Assembly: GCA_038247415.1 (NCBI GenBank)
Contig: JBBRUX010000004.1
Coordinates: 61,657 to 125,656, forward strand
Direction: 5' to 3'
DNA: 64,000 bases
Source of the DNA: Chitinivibrionales bacterium
GTDB taxonomy: Bacteria; Fibrobacterota; Chitinivibrionia; Chitinivibrionales; WJKA01
Part shown: positions 49,429-57,582 of the stretch, piece after piece
How the letters are laid out: each line of letters starts with the position of its first letter
How positions within the stretch are numbered: the stretch's first letter is position 1
Notes under the pieces: model-generated
The model's database searches: none
What the model was told of the DNA's origin: nothing
What the model saw: the letters and a program-made list of their open reading frames with translations, nothing else
Translations under genes and position numbers: made by a program

Positions 49429-49740
49429 TTATTTTTGACTTAAAAGAATGAGAAATATAAGAATGCCAGCAAAAAAAAGAAGCGTGGCAATAGGCTGCAT
49501 TTTTATTAATATGGTTAATTTAGCATCTTGTAAATAAAAATATTGTTTTGTTTTTACAAATTTTTTGAAATTTCTACTCGTTTTCATTGTATTGTTGGTG
49601 AAAAAATCAGGTTCCCTCAAATCAAGCCATACTTTATTATGCTCCTTTTTCAGACGCCTAACTATTGCAACATATAAAGCCCAGTTGCCAAACATGAGGG
49701 CACTCATCACTATTGCGTACCAGGTTTCAATTTTATTCAT
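49429..49740 (-). CDS. Small 2-TM protein, putative Rhs immunity protein
   Basis: ATGA overlap with the Rhs-CT stop; AT-rich; TM-basic loop-TM layout. Confidence 0.65.
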   Translation of the reverse strand: MNKIETWYAIVMSALMFGNWALYVAIVRRLKKEHNKVWLDLREPDFFTNNTMKTSRNFKKFVKTKQYFYLQDAKLTILIKMQPIATLLFFAGILIFLILLSQK

Positions 49741-50610
49741 TGGCAACCATTTCCTCTCTTGTTATTATTAAAATTTCCAGTTCCTGTATTTGTAGCATCC
49801 GGAGAATATGGCTCATTGGAATTTTTTGACTGAGCGTTATTATTAGGTGCGTTAATTTCAAAAGTTGAGGTTATTGTTACAGATTTTCCGACTCCAAAGC
49901 CAATTCCAAATGAAGGGCTATTAACTCCAACCGAATTACCAGTCATATCATTTGTAACAGAAACTGAGCCACCAGGAGAACCAGGAAATGGGAGCCCGCC
50001 GGTAAGTGTCGCCTCAATTGTAACACCGGGTGATGGATCTGGACCAAAGCCGAATGATACACCGAAGCCTAATCCCTTACCAAACCCAATAGAATAATAC
50101 ACACCATCATTGCCCGTGATAGAAAAGGATGCGGTACCACCCCAACCTTCAATGCCCCCGTTACAGTTAAGTTAATTGCAGTTATGCCTAACGGATCTAA
50201 AGGTTAGAGGGCGCATTCCCCACATACCTTTGTAAATTCACATCCCCACCCGCAAATCCAATCGGATCCTCACTCAAAAACCTCCCAATCCCCCGATCAT
50301 AATACCTTGCCCGATAAAAAAAATTCCCCGTCTCAGAATCATACTCTCGACTCGTATACGTAAATAGATTAAGCACCCCAATGCCAGGTTCCTTCACAAT
50401 CTCCCCAAACACCGAATAGCTATAAGTGTGCACAACATTCGCAATCGAGTCAGTCAGAGCCGTTACGCTTCCTAACCCATCCTTAACATAATAATAATTC
50501 ATGCCAGTACGGTGCATTGATAATGGATTATCAATTCCTAGTCCAAAGGTATAATTCGAGGGAATCATACGTATAATCATGCATTCCATCGTTATCCTGC
50601 ATGCTCATGC
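49737..50610 (-). pseudogene. Degenerate Rhs toxin: YD remnant, Rhs-associated core and Gly-rich C-terminal domain
   Basis: HDYTYDSL; YYYVKDGLGSV...REYDSETG.FYRARYYD..IGRFLSEDPIGFAGGDVN..YVGNAP; DPLG lies in the -1 frame and the CT in a further -1 frame. Confidence 0.85.
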
Positions 50611-50634
50611 GCATAAGGGTGTGCCTGCGTATTC

Positions 50635-50669
50635 GCCCCTCTCCGTCAACGGAGAGGGGCTGGGCGGTG
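50635..50669. repeat. REP-like GC-rich hairpin
   Basis: GCCCCTCTCCGT-CA-ACGGAGAGGGGC followed by TGGGCGGTG. Confidence 0.55.
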
Positions 50670-50742
50670 CACTGAGCGCGTCGAAGTGATGAGGCTAAGA
50701 TATAAAGAAATCCCACAGTTCTCTGCAAGGCAGTTTTTTTGA

Positions 50743-50894
50743 CTTACGCGCAAGGCAGGACTGGAGTGTGATGGATGAACAGAGTGAGTCCATCAGTCTG
50801 GAAAGACCCAGGTGCAACGCACCGCAGGGATTGACAGACCGGCTTGCGAAGCAAGAGCGCGTAAGGAGGGCCGACGGTGGCAACCGTGGCGCCC
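50743..50894 (+). ncRNA. Candidate multi-stem structured RNA or REP/MITE-like element (strand tentative)
   Basis: Closing helix CTTACGCGC/GCGCGTAAG enclosing several short hairpins, plus a 3' hairpin. Confidence 0.4.
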
Positions 50895-50980
50895 AGATTC
50901 AGATTGTATAAATTTATTAGTTTGGACCCAGATTCAAGTCATATAAATTTTATTAGGTTGTAATAATTTTATTAGTTTGA
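50892..50980. repeat. Degenerate ~35-bp tandem repeat (two full copies and one partial)
   Basis: CCCAGATTCA at 50892 and 50927, each followed by ATAAATTT(T)ATTAG(T/G)TTG; third partial copy AATTTTATTAGTTTG. Confidence 0.65.
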
Positions 50981-51005
50981 CTTATCCCCTTTTTCTTGTT
51001 ATATT
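50977..51005 (+). promoter_or_regulatory. Sigma-70 promoter of the lexA-dnaE2-imuB-like cassette
   Basis: TTGACT-N17-TATATT with extended -10 TG. Confidence 0.7.
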
Positions 51006-51010
51006 TAAAC

Positions 51011-51028
51011 AGGTGTAATTTTACACCT
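51011..51028. promoter_or_regulatory. Candidate LexA operator
   Basis: AGGTGTAA-TT-TTACACCT, perfect 8-bp arms over the predicted transcription start. Confidence 0.65.
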
Positions 51029-51067
51029 ATGACGTCACAGATATTGCAGCTTATTCACATATATCTA

Positions 51068-51178
51068 TGAGGTAATTGCGAAACTCCCGTTCATTTCGTC
51101 TCCGCTCCACGAATGGCGCCAAAAGGCGTACCCTGGGCTCTCGAAAGGTCCGGGTGAAAGAGTTTTGAAATTATCTCA
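51068..51178. mobile_element. 111-bp MITE-like or structured element in the lexA leader
   Basis: 19-bp imperfect terminal inverted repeats TGAGGTAATTGCGAAACTC / GAGTTTTGAAATTATCTCA (16/19) with internal hairpins. Confidence 0.5.
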
Positions 51179-51250
51179 CCTATACATCTTATATCTAAAC
51201 TGCGGCCGTACATCCAGAAAGCCAATCAAAAATATTTTTATGGTACACAT

Positions 51251-51865
51251 ATGCATGAACTAACCGAAAAACAACAACAAATACTCTCTTTCATCCAGAA
51301 CCACCTCGCACAAAAAGGAGGGATTCCTACCTATCGGGAAATACAGGAAGCGTTTGCCATTAAATCGCCCAATGGGGCACGAAAACATGTTCTGGCGCTG
51401 ATGCGAAAGGGATACCTTAAAGCGTTGCATAATAGTGTGGGTCATATTCGTGCTCTTTCTGTTGATTCTAAACGCGGGATTCCGCTCTTGGGGCGCATTG
51501 CAGCCGGTGTGCCGATTGAGGCTATCGAAACGCATCACGAAATGCTTGACGTGGAGTATTTCGGATTCGACAACAAAAATGGCGATCTCTTTGCCCTCAC
51601 CGTTACAGGGGAGAGCATGATCGAGGCGCATATCATGAACGGAGATACTGTTATTGTCAAGCAACAGCCGCTGGTTGGCACTCACGATATTGCTGCAGTT
51701 TTAGTAAATAACGAGGCAACGCTTAAATATGTTAGGCCCCAAGCCGATGGGAGTATACTGCTCGTACCGGCAAACGCAGCATTGCAACCCCTGTGCATAC
51801 AGCCAGAACGTGGCGAACATATGCGCATTCTGGGAAAAGTTATTAGTGTCGTGAGACGGTTGTGA
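51251..51865 (+). CDS. lexA: LexA repressor
   Basis: LTEKQQQIL..PTYREI wHTH, RIAAGVP cleavage site, GESM (Ser) and ATLK (Lys). Confidence 0.95.
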   Translation: MHELTEKQQQILSFIQNHLAQKGGIPTYREIQEAFAIKSPNGARKHVLALMRKGYLKALHNSVGHIRALSVDSKRGIPLLGRIAAGVPIEAIETHHEMLDVEYFGFDNKNGDLFALTVTGESMIEAHIMNGDTVIVKQQPLVGTHDIAAVLVNNEATLKYVRPQADGSILLVPANAALQPLCIQPERGEHMRILGKVISVVRRL

Positions 51866-51871
51866 GGTTCT

Positions 51872-54800
51872 ATGAGCTTTGTATCACTTCATACTCACTC
51901 GGAGTATTCATTTTATTCCGGCATTCCTACCATCCCGCTTCTGGTGCAACGGGCCAAGGCTCTTGGTATGACTGCTCTGGCACTCACCGATACCAACCGC
52001 ATGAGTGGCCTGATTAGGTTTTATACCGAGTGTAAAGAACACGGTATCAAGCCTATTTTAGGTGTAGAATTAACAGATGCGCATAATCTATTTGAACCGC
52101 GACTGGTACTCTTGGCAAAAAACGCCGAAGGTTATGGCGATCTGTGCGAGATCATTACCCGTAAAAATCTTACAGGATCAGCATTTTCCTACGATGCATG
52201 TTTTGCGCAGATGTGGGATAATCTTATCTGTATTACGTCATGCCCACGCATGCTTGCACTGCTTGCAACAACACCCAATAAAAAAAATCTCTATGCCGAA
52301 ATTATTAATATCAGCAGTAAATCTCGTCAACAAGGACGCATCCTTGCATCACTGGCAACAAATCTTGCTGTGCCGCTTGTTGCATCTAATAATGCCTACT
52401 TTCTTGACGATAACGATTTCAAAACGCACAAGGTATTGCGCGCCATAGGGCTTACTGCCACAGTTTCACGACTTACCGAAGAAGAATACGCGTCGCCGCG
52501 GTCATATTTGCGCAATGGTACCGACATGCACAAGCTCTTTCCCGATCATCCACAAGCACTTATAAACACCGTAACCATAGCAGATGCCTGTACCGTAAAA
52601 CTTGACTTGGGGCATTGGATTATGCCAACCGTGGCACTGCCGGACAACGAATCGCCAGCATCGTATCTACGCCATCATGCCTATAAGGGCCTCAAAACAC
52701 GATACGAGGGTTCGCAACACTACGAAAAAGCGTGCGAACTTCAGGAACACGAGCTTGCCGTTATCGAAAAACTTGGATACTCTTCGTACTTTCTTATTGT
52801 TAAAGACGTCTGCGACTGGGCGGGCGCAACCTTTGCGCATAAATATCGCAGTCCTACCGATGCAACAATACTGCGCGGTTCGGCTGCAAATGCCATTACC
52901 TTTTATAATCTTGGTGTCAGCAATCTCGATCCGATTACAAACGATTTGTATTTTCAACGATTTCTCAACGAAGACCGCGCTTCCCCACCCGATGCCGATC
53001 TCGACTTTGGCTGGGACGAACGAGACCAAGCCCTTACCTATCTGGTGGAGAAATGGGGACGAGAACGAGTCGCCATAACCTGTACCACCAATCATTTTCG
53101 TAAACGTGCTGCACTGCGTGAATGCGCGCTGGTCTATGGGTATAGCGAAGAACAAGTTACTTCTCTGGTGCGCAGTTGGCGCAAAGGGGCCGATCATTTA
53201 CACGATGATGATATCGCCATGCTTCTAGCATCGGCGCAAAAAATACTTGGCAAACCCAGATTTCTTGGACAGCATCCCGGTGGGGTTCTCATTAGTAACA
53301 AACCAATCTGCCGACATGTGGCCCTGGAGCATGCTCCTGGCGGCACCAATCGCCTCATTACACAAATCGATATGCACAATGGCATCGATGAACTAGGCCT
53401 GATAAAATTTGACATTCTCGGAAACGGTTCACTCTCTGTTCTGCGCGATGCGTTATCCCAACTTGCAGAACAGGATATTGCCGACCCTCGCGTTTCAGAT
53501 CTCGACAAATGCTACAACGACCCCGCAGTACAACATCTGATAAGCTCAGGAAAAACACGCGGCATATTCTATATAGAAAGTCCGGCCCAAATAAAGCTCA
53601 ATATTCGGGCCAATGCCCAGACATTCGAAGAAATTGCCATAACTTCAAGCCTTGTGCGGCCTGCAGGTACAGCCTACGCTGAAACGTTTGTAGAACGCCA
53701 CCGACTCTTCAAACAAGGTATTGTCAATTGGGAATATTTACATCCTTCACTCGAACCCATTTTGCGCGAATCGCACGATGTGTGCGCCTACCAGGAAGAT
53801 GTCACAAAAATTTGCCACCAGGTAGCAGGTCTTACCTTCAAGCAAGCCGATGGTATTCGTAAAATGATGAATAGCCTTCGCGAAGGCTCTTTGCAATCGA
53901 TCGAATATCAAACACTCGCGGCAACATTCATGCACGGCTGCATAACTACGAGCGGGCTTTCGCAAGAACAAGCACTCACGCTCTGGGAGCGTGTTAGTAG
54001 CTTTACCGGATTTTCTTTTTGCAAATCGCATAGTGCAAGCTATGCCCAGCTCTCCTTTAAATGTTCGTATCTTAAAGCACATTATCCCGCTCAATTTCTG
54101 GCTGCCGTTATTAGTAACAATCATGGTTTTTATACGCGCGATGTCTACCTCGCCGAAGCTCGACGCATAGGCGTTGAAATTTTTCCTATCACTATCAACA
54201 CATCGAGCATTGCATACCGTGGCCACGAAAAATGCATCCACGTAGGGCTCATGCATATCCGAGGAATAGGACATGCCACTCAAGATGCACTCATACACGA
54301 ACGAACAACCAATGGCCCCTTCACATCTATTCTTGATGTTGCCAAGCGTGTTCCTATGCATCGACAAGCAATTGTCAACCTCGTGCTCGTGGGAGCATTT
54401 GATACCCTAGGCTTAACACAACCAGAAACACTCTTTGTGCTCGATGAGATCTATACAAAACACGAAGAACATGCACCTTCTTTTCTTCCGCATACAACCA
54501 CGCTTGCCGATAGGGTTCCAAAAAATCTCACGAACTATACCCTTATGCAAAAATGCCTCAACGAACTGTACCTTCTGGGCTTTATGGTCTCGGGAAATAT
54601 TCTTGCCATTCTCGACATGCATCCCAAAGCACGTCATGCCATCCATGCAGCCGATATGGTGCACAATGTCAATAAGAGAGTTCGCGTGTGTGGATGGGCT
54701 ATCACCAATAGAGCGCATCATATAGCCGGCAGAGAAGCGACCATGCTCTTTATAACGCTTGAGGATGTCTCTGGCCCGATAGACGTTGTGCTCTGGCCGG

Positions 54801-55024
54801 AAATTTACACACGATATGCGACAATCCTTGGGGAATCGGGACCGTATGCAATCTGTGGGCGTATTACCGAATCGTGGGGAACGTATTGTATAGAAGCTGA
54901 AACAGTTGAAATGTTAGAGTGGCTTCCTACACTTATTGACTTTGAAGAAGCATCACACCGATTGCACACGGCCACAACCAGAAGCACATCCTATGAACAT
55001 ACCCTCTCCCCCGTTGCTGCATGA
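51872..55024 (+). CDS. dnaE2: Error-prone DNA polymerase III alpha (DnaE2-like)
   Basis: PHP (LHTHSEYS, ALTD), RGSAA, PDADLD, QHPGG, KFDILG, FCKSH and OB-fold FITLED; 1050 aa, directly behind lexA. Confidence 0.88.
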   Translation: MSFVSLHTHSEYSFYSGIPTIPLLVQRAKALGMTALALTDTNRMSGLIRFYTECKEHGIKPILGVELTDAHNLFEPRLVLLAKNAEGYGDLCEIITRKNLTGSAFSYDACFAQMWDNLICITSCPRMLALLATTPNKKNLYAEIINISSKSRQQGRILASLATNLAVPLVASNNAYFLDDNDFKTHKVLRAIGLTATVSRLTEEEYASPRSYLRNGTDMHKLFPDHPQALINTVTIADACTVKLDLGHWIMPTVALPDNESPASYLRHHAYKGLKTRYEGSQHYEKACELQEHELAVIEKLGYSSYFLIVKDVCDWAGATFAHKYRSPTDATILRGSAANAITFYNLGVSNLDPITNDLYFQRFLNEDRASPPDADLDFGWDERDQALTYLVEKWGRERVAITCTTNHFRKRAALRECALVYGYSEEQVTSLVRSWRKGADHLHDDDIAMLLASAQKILGKPRFLGQHPGGVLISNKPICRHVALEHAPGGTNRLITQIDMHNGIDELGLIKFDILGNGSLSVLRDALSQLAEQDIADPRVSDLDKCYNDPAVQHLISSGKTRGIFYIESPAQIKLNIRANAQTFEEIAITSSLVRPAGTAYAETFVERHRLFKQGIVNWEYLHPSLEPILRESHDVCAYQEDVTKICHQVAGLTFKQADGIRKMMNSLREGSLQSIEYQTLAATFMHGCITTSGLSQEQALTLWERVSSFTGFSFCKSHSASYAQLSFKCSYLKAHYPAQFLAAVISNNHGFYTRDVYLAEARRIGVEIFPITINTSSIAYRGHEKCIHVGLMHIRGIGHATQDALIHERTTNGPFTSILDVAKRVPMHRQAIVNLVLVGAFDTLGLTQPETLFVLDEIYTKHEEHAPSFLPHTTTLADRVPKNLTNYTLMQKCLNELYLLGFMVSGNILAILDMHPKARHAIHAADMVHNVNKRVRVCGWAITNRAHHIAGREATMLFITLEDVSGPIDVVLWPEIYTRYATILGESGPYAICGRITESWGTYCIEAETVEMLEWLPTLIDFEEASHRLHTATTRSTSYEHTLSPVAA

Positions 55025-56204
55025 CACCTTATATGCTGCCATCGCGTGCCATCAGTTGGGCGCACAGGTGTTTACTGCATTTGAGATTGTGGAACCCGCC
55101 GAGCCATTTGTTGTAATACGTCAAGATCCATCCCGTCACACCTGTCTTGTATGGAACGTATCATCGGGCGCCCGCACCCTGGGTATATATGCCGGCATGA
55201 GTATCCTCATGATTCAAAAAAAATGGCCGCATGTCAAAATCATGACACGCCGAAAAGACCTCGAAGAAGAAACAATGAACACCATCAGGGAACATCTTTT
55301 CACCTATACCCCCAGTGTACACATCGATCCTTTGGGACGGGCACTCCTGGATCTTGCGCATACCCCCACATCCCGCACCCAAACGCCAGTCAACCTCATT
55401 TCCCAAATACAAAAATCGCTCTGTCAAGCAACGCGACTCACAGAGGTAGCCATTGGATTATCCTCGTCAATACTTATTGCCCACATTCTTGCCCAATCGG
55501 CCAGACCCTCACGCACCATGATATGCCCCCTAGGCCACGAAGACGCGTTTCTTACAAGCGTGACCTGTGATCAAGTCCCCCATATTTCACCAACCTGCCG
55601 TGCGATACTTTCACAGCTGGGAATTCTACATCTTCATCAACTACGAACACTCTCACGCAATGCTCTCATACGCAGATGTGGCCCCGAAGGAGAAAAGCTC
55701 TATGCCCTCTGCAGAGGTGTTTTTGTTCCACCATCCCCTCACAAACAAGAATGCATCACCGTTGAATCGATGGTCTCCAAGGACAATAACGACACCTGCG
55801 CATTACGCATACTCCTCAAACTTACCGTGGATAAATTCTGCCATCAGATCCGTATCCACAAAAGCCTTATTTCCCGCCTCACGCTCTGTATTGTTTATGC
55901 CGATATGCATCGCACACAACGATCATGTAAATTTACACCTGCAACAAGCGATTGTGCCACCATCGAACACCGTGCGCACATGCTTTTTACCACACTCTAC
56001 ACACGGCGGGTATCGCTGCGCTCCCTCTATCTGCAATCGTTACCAGAAACAGGGGAAAGCATGCAGCAAAATCTCTTTGATAGTGCACACACACACAAGG
56101 TTAACCAGGTTGCAACCTCTGTTACCAAAGCTCGCGAAGTATTTGATTTTGATTGTATCAAAAGTGGCGTTCACATTGTAGCACGGCAGCGTGACCATCA
56201 ATAG
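54993..56204 (+). CDS. Catalytically inactive Y-family polymerase (ImuB-like)
   Basis: Y-family layout (ARTLGIYAGM, YTPSV, ALLDL, LGILHLHQL) without the D..F.A or S.DE acidic residues; QQNLF clamp motif; overlaps the end of dnaE2. Confidence 0.8.
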   Translation: MNIPSPPLLHDTLYAAIACHQLGAQVFTAFEIVEPAEPFVVIRQDPSRHTCLVWNVSSGARTLGIYAGMSILMIQKKWPHVKIMTRRKDLEEETMNTIREHLFTYTPSVHIDPLGRALLDLAHTPTSRTQTPVNLISQIQKSLCQATRLTEVAIGLSSSILIAHILAQSARPSRTMICPLGHEDAFLTSVTCDQVPHISPTCRAILSQLGILHLHQLRTLSRNALIRRCGPEGEKLYALCRGVFVPPSPHKQECITVESMVSKDNNDTCALRILLKLTVDKFCHQIRIHKSLISRLTLCIVYADMHRTQRSCKFTPATSDCATIEHRAHMLFTTLYTRRVSLRSLYLQSLPETGESMQQNLFDSAHTHKVNQVATSVTKAREVFDFDCIKSGVHIVARQRDHQ

Positions 56205-56224
56205 CGACGATACAAAAGGGGCGG

Positions 56225-56872
56225 CTATGTTGCGGCAGGAACCTGCTCTGGAACAAGAATGGGCAATGCGTATTGCGTCAATGTCCCCAGATTTTTTATG
56301 GCAACCTTATTTTTATCGATTCCAATAACATTCTTTTTCACAAGCTGTTCGAGTGCTGCCATAGTATCTATTGGGCTAAGCCCCAGGATATCGGCACATT
56401 CGTGTTCTACCATACGTAACGACAGCACCGCACCATCTTCATGTAAAGGCAGCATAAGATGCAAGCAGGCTGCAACCGACCGACTCTTGTCGAGCGTAAC
56501 CGAATTGTCAATTTTCTTATCTGCCTCGCGCAACCGCTGAGCAAGAATACGGGCAATTTTCTGAAACCATTCGGGGATAGCACTATTGGTACGCTCGAGA
56601 TCTGCCCACCCAATAACAACCGCGGTAGTTGGTATAAGAGCCCGAGCACTGGCGCTACGGGTACCAGCATCTATGGCTGCAAGCTCACCTATCACTTCGC
56701 CAGGTCCAACGCGATCGAGCTCGACATGCACGCCACCCTCGGTCTTATAGACCTCAACCTGTCCGGCTGCAATAATATACAAATCACGGGAGGCATCGCC
56801 TTCGCAGAACAACTGTTCTCCTGCTGCAAAGACAACCTTTTTTCCACCTTCTGGCGCTGCTTGCGTATCCAT
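56225..56872 (-). CDS. Crp/Fnr-family cNMP-binding regulator
   Basis: LFCEGD, GEVIGELA and RSASARA motifs; C-terminal HTH-like region. Confidence 0.85.
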   Translation of the reverse strand: MDTQAAPEGGKKVVFAAGEQLFCEGDASRDLYIIAAGQVEVYKTEGGVHVELDRVGPGEVIGELAAIDAGTRSASARALIPTTAVVIGWADLERTNSAIPEWFQKIARILAQRLREADKKIDNSVTLDKSRSVAACLHLMLPLHEDGAVLSLRMVEHECADILGLSPIDTMAALEQLVKKNVIGIDKNKVAIKNLGTLTQYALPILVPEQVPAAT

Positions 56873-56887
56873 ACCGATTCCTTTGAT

Positions 56888-57352
56888 TTACTGGGAAGAA
56901 TAAACCCGCACACTGGCGATCCAGGCATCGGGGTATCCTGTTTTCTTAAGCTGCTCTTGAATATTTTCTGCCTTTGCCCGTGTTAGAAAATCACCCGCCA
57001 AAACTTTGTAATACGGCGCAACAAACATGATATACACGGGTAATTTCAAGCGGGCTTCTAACGCGTTCTTTTCTTTAAGGGCGCGATCGTTCTGGCTTGT
57101 TGCCATGCATTGAATTCGAAATCCATCCACCATAGGGCGCTTCACATCCTCTGCGATAGTTTCTGCGGGGGCTACCTTCGTTTGAGTAACCGGAACTACC
57201 AAAGAAGCCGCTCGTAGCGCATCGTCACCAATAACAACCTCACGATTTCGATTTAAGGTATCGATGAATGTTCCATTAGCGGCTACCCCTACCGTATGCA
57301 TAAGCATGCCAATGATGATACTACCCAAAGCAATGCTTTTTATGCTCATCAT
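56888..57352 (-). CDS. SPOR-domain exported protein
   Basis: Signal peptide; GFRIQC...PYYKVLAGDFLTR..AE.....LKKTGYPDAWI. Confidence 0.85.
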   Translation of the reverse strand: MMSIKSIALGSIIIGMLMHTVGVAANGTFIDTLNRNREVVIGDDALRAASLVVPVTQTKVAPAETIAEDVKRPMVDGFRIQCMATSQNDRALKEKNALEARLKLPVYIMFVAPYYKVLAGDFLTRAKAENIQEQLKKTGYPDAWIASVRVYSSQ

Positions 57353-57582
57353 TTATATATCTCCCAAGGTTAAAGTATACTCTCGCGGCACGCGATCGTA
57401 AAGAGCAATGGTACCAGGATTCCCAGATTCTAAAAATGGTTCTTTTCAGCATCGAGGTCAATAATACCGTACCCTCAATAAATCACTCATAAGAAGATTG
57501 CTCCTATCGTTGACGTGCCTTTGAACCCAACATTATTTTACTTACACTCGTTACCTTTACCTGTGAGCAGCTGGAGGCTACT

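Noticed and set aside
49225..49443. 72-aa plus-strand ORF
   Set aside because: It is antisense to the DUF86 remnant and has no recognisable features
50150..50200. Programmed ribosomal frameshifting to express the Rhs toxin
   Set aside because: It would need two successive shifts, there is no canonical slippery heptamer, and the 5' part of the gene is deleted
50892..50980. 35-bp repeats as a mini CRISPR array
   Set aside because: Only about 2.5 degenerate adjacent copies, with no unique spacers and no cas genes
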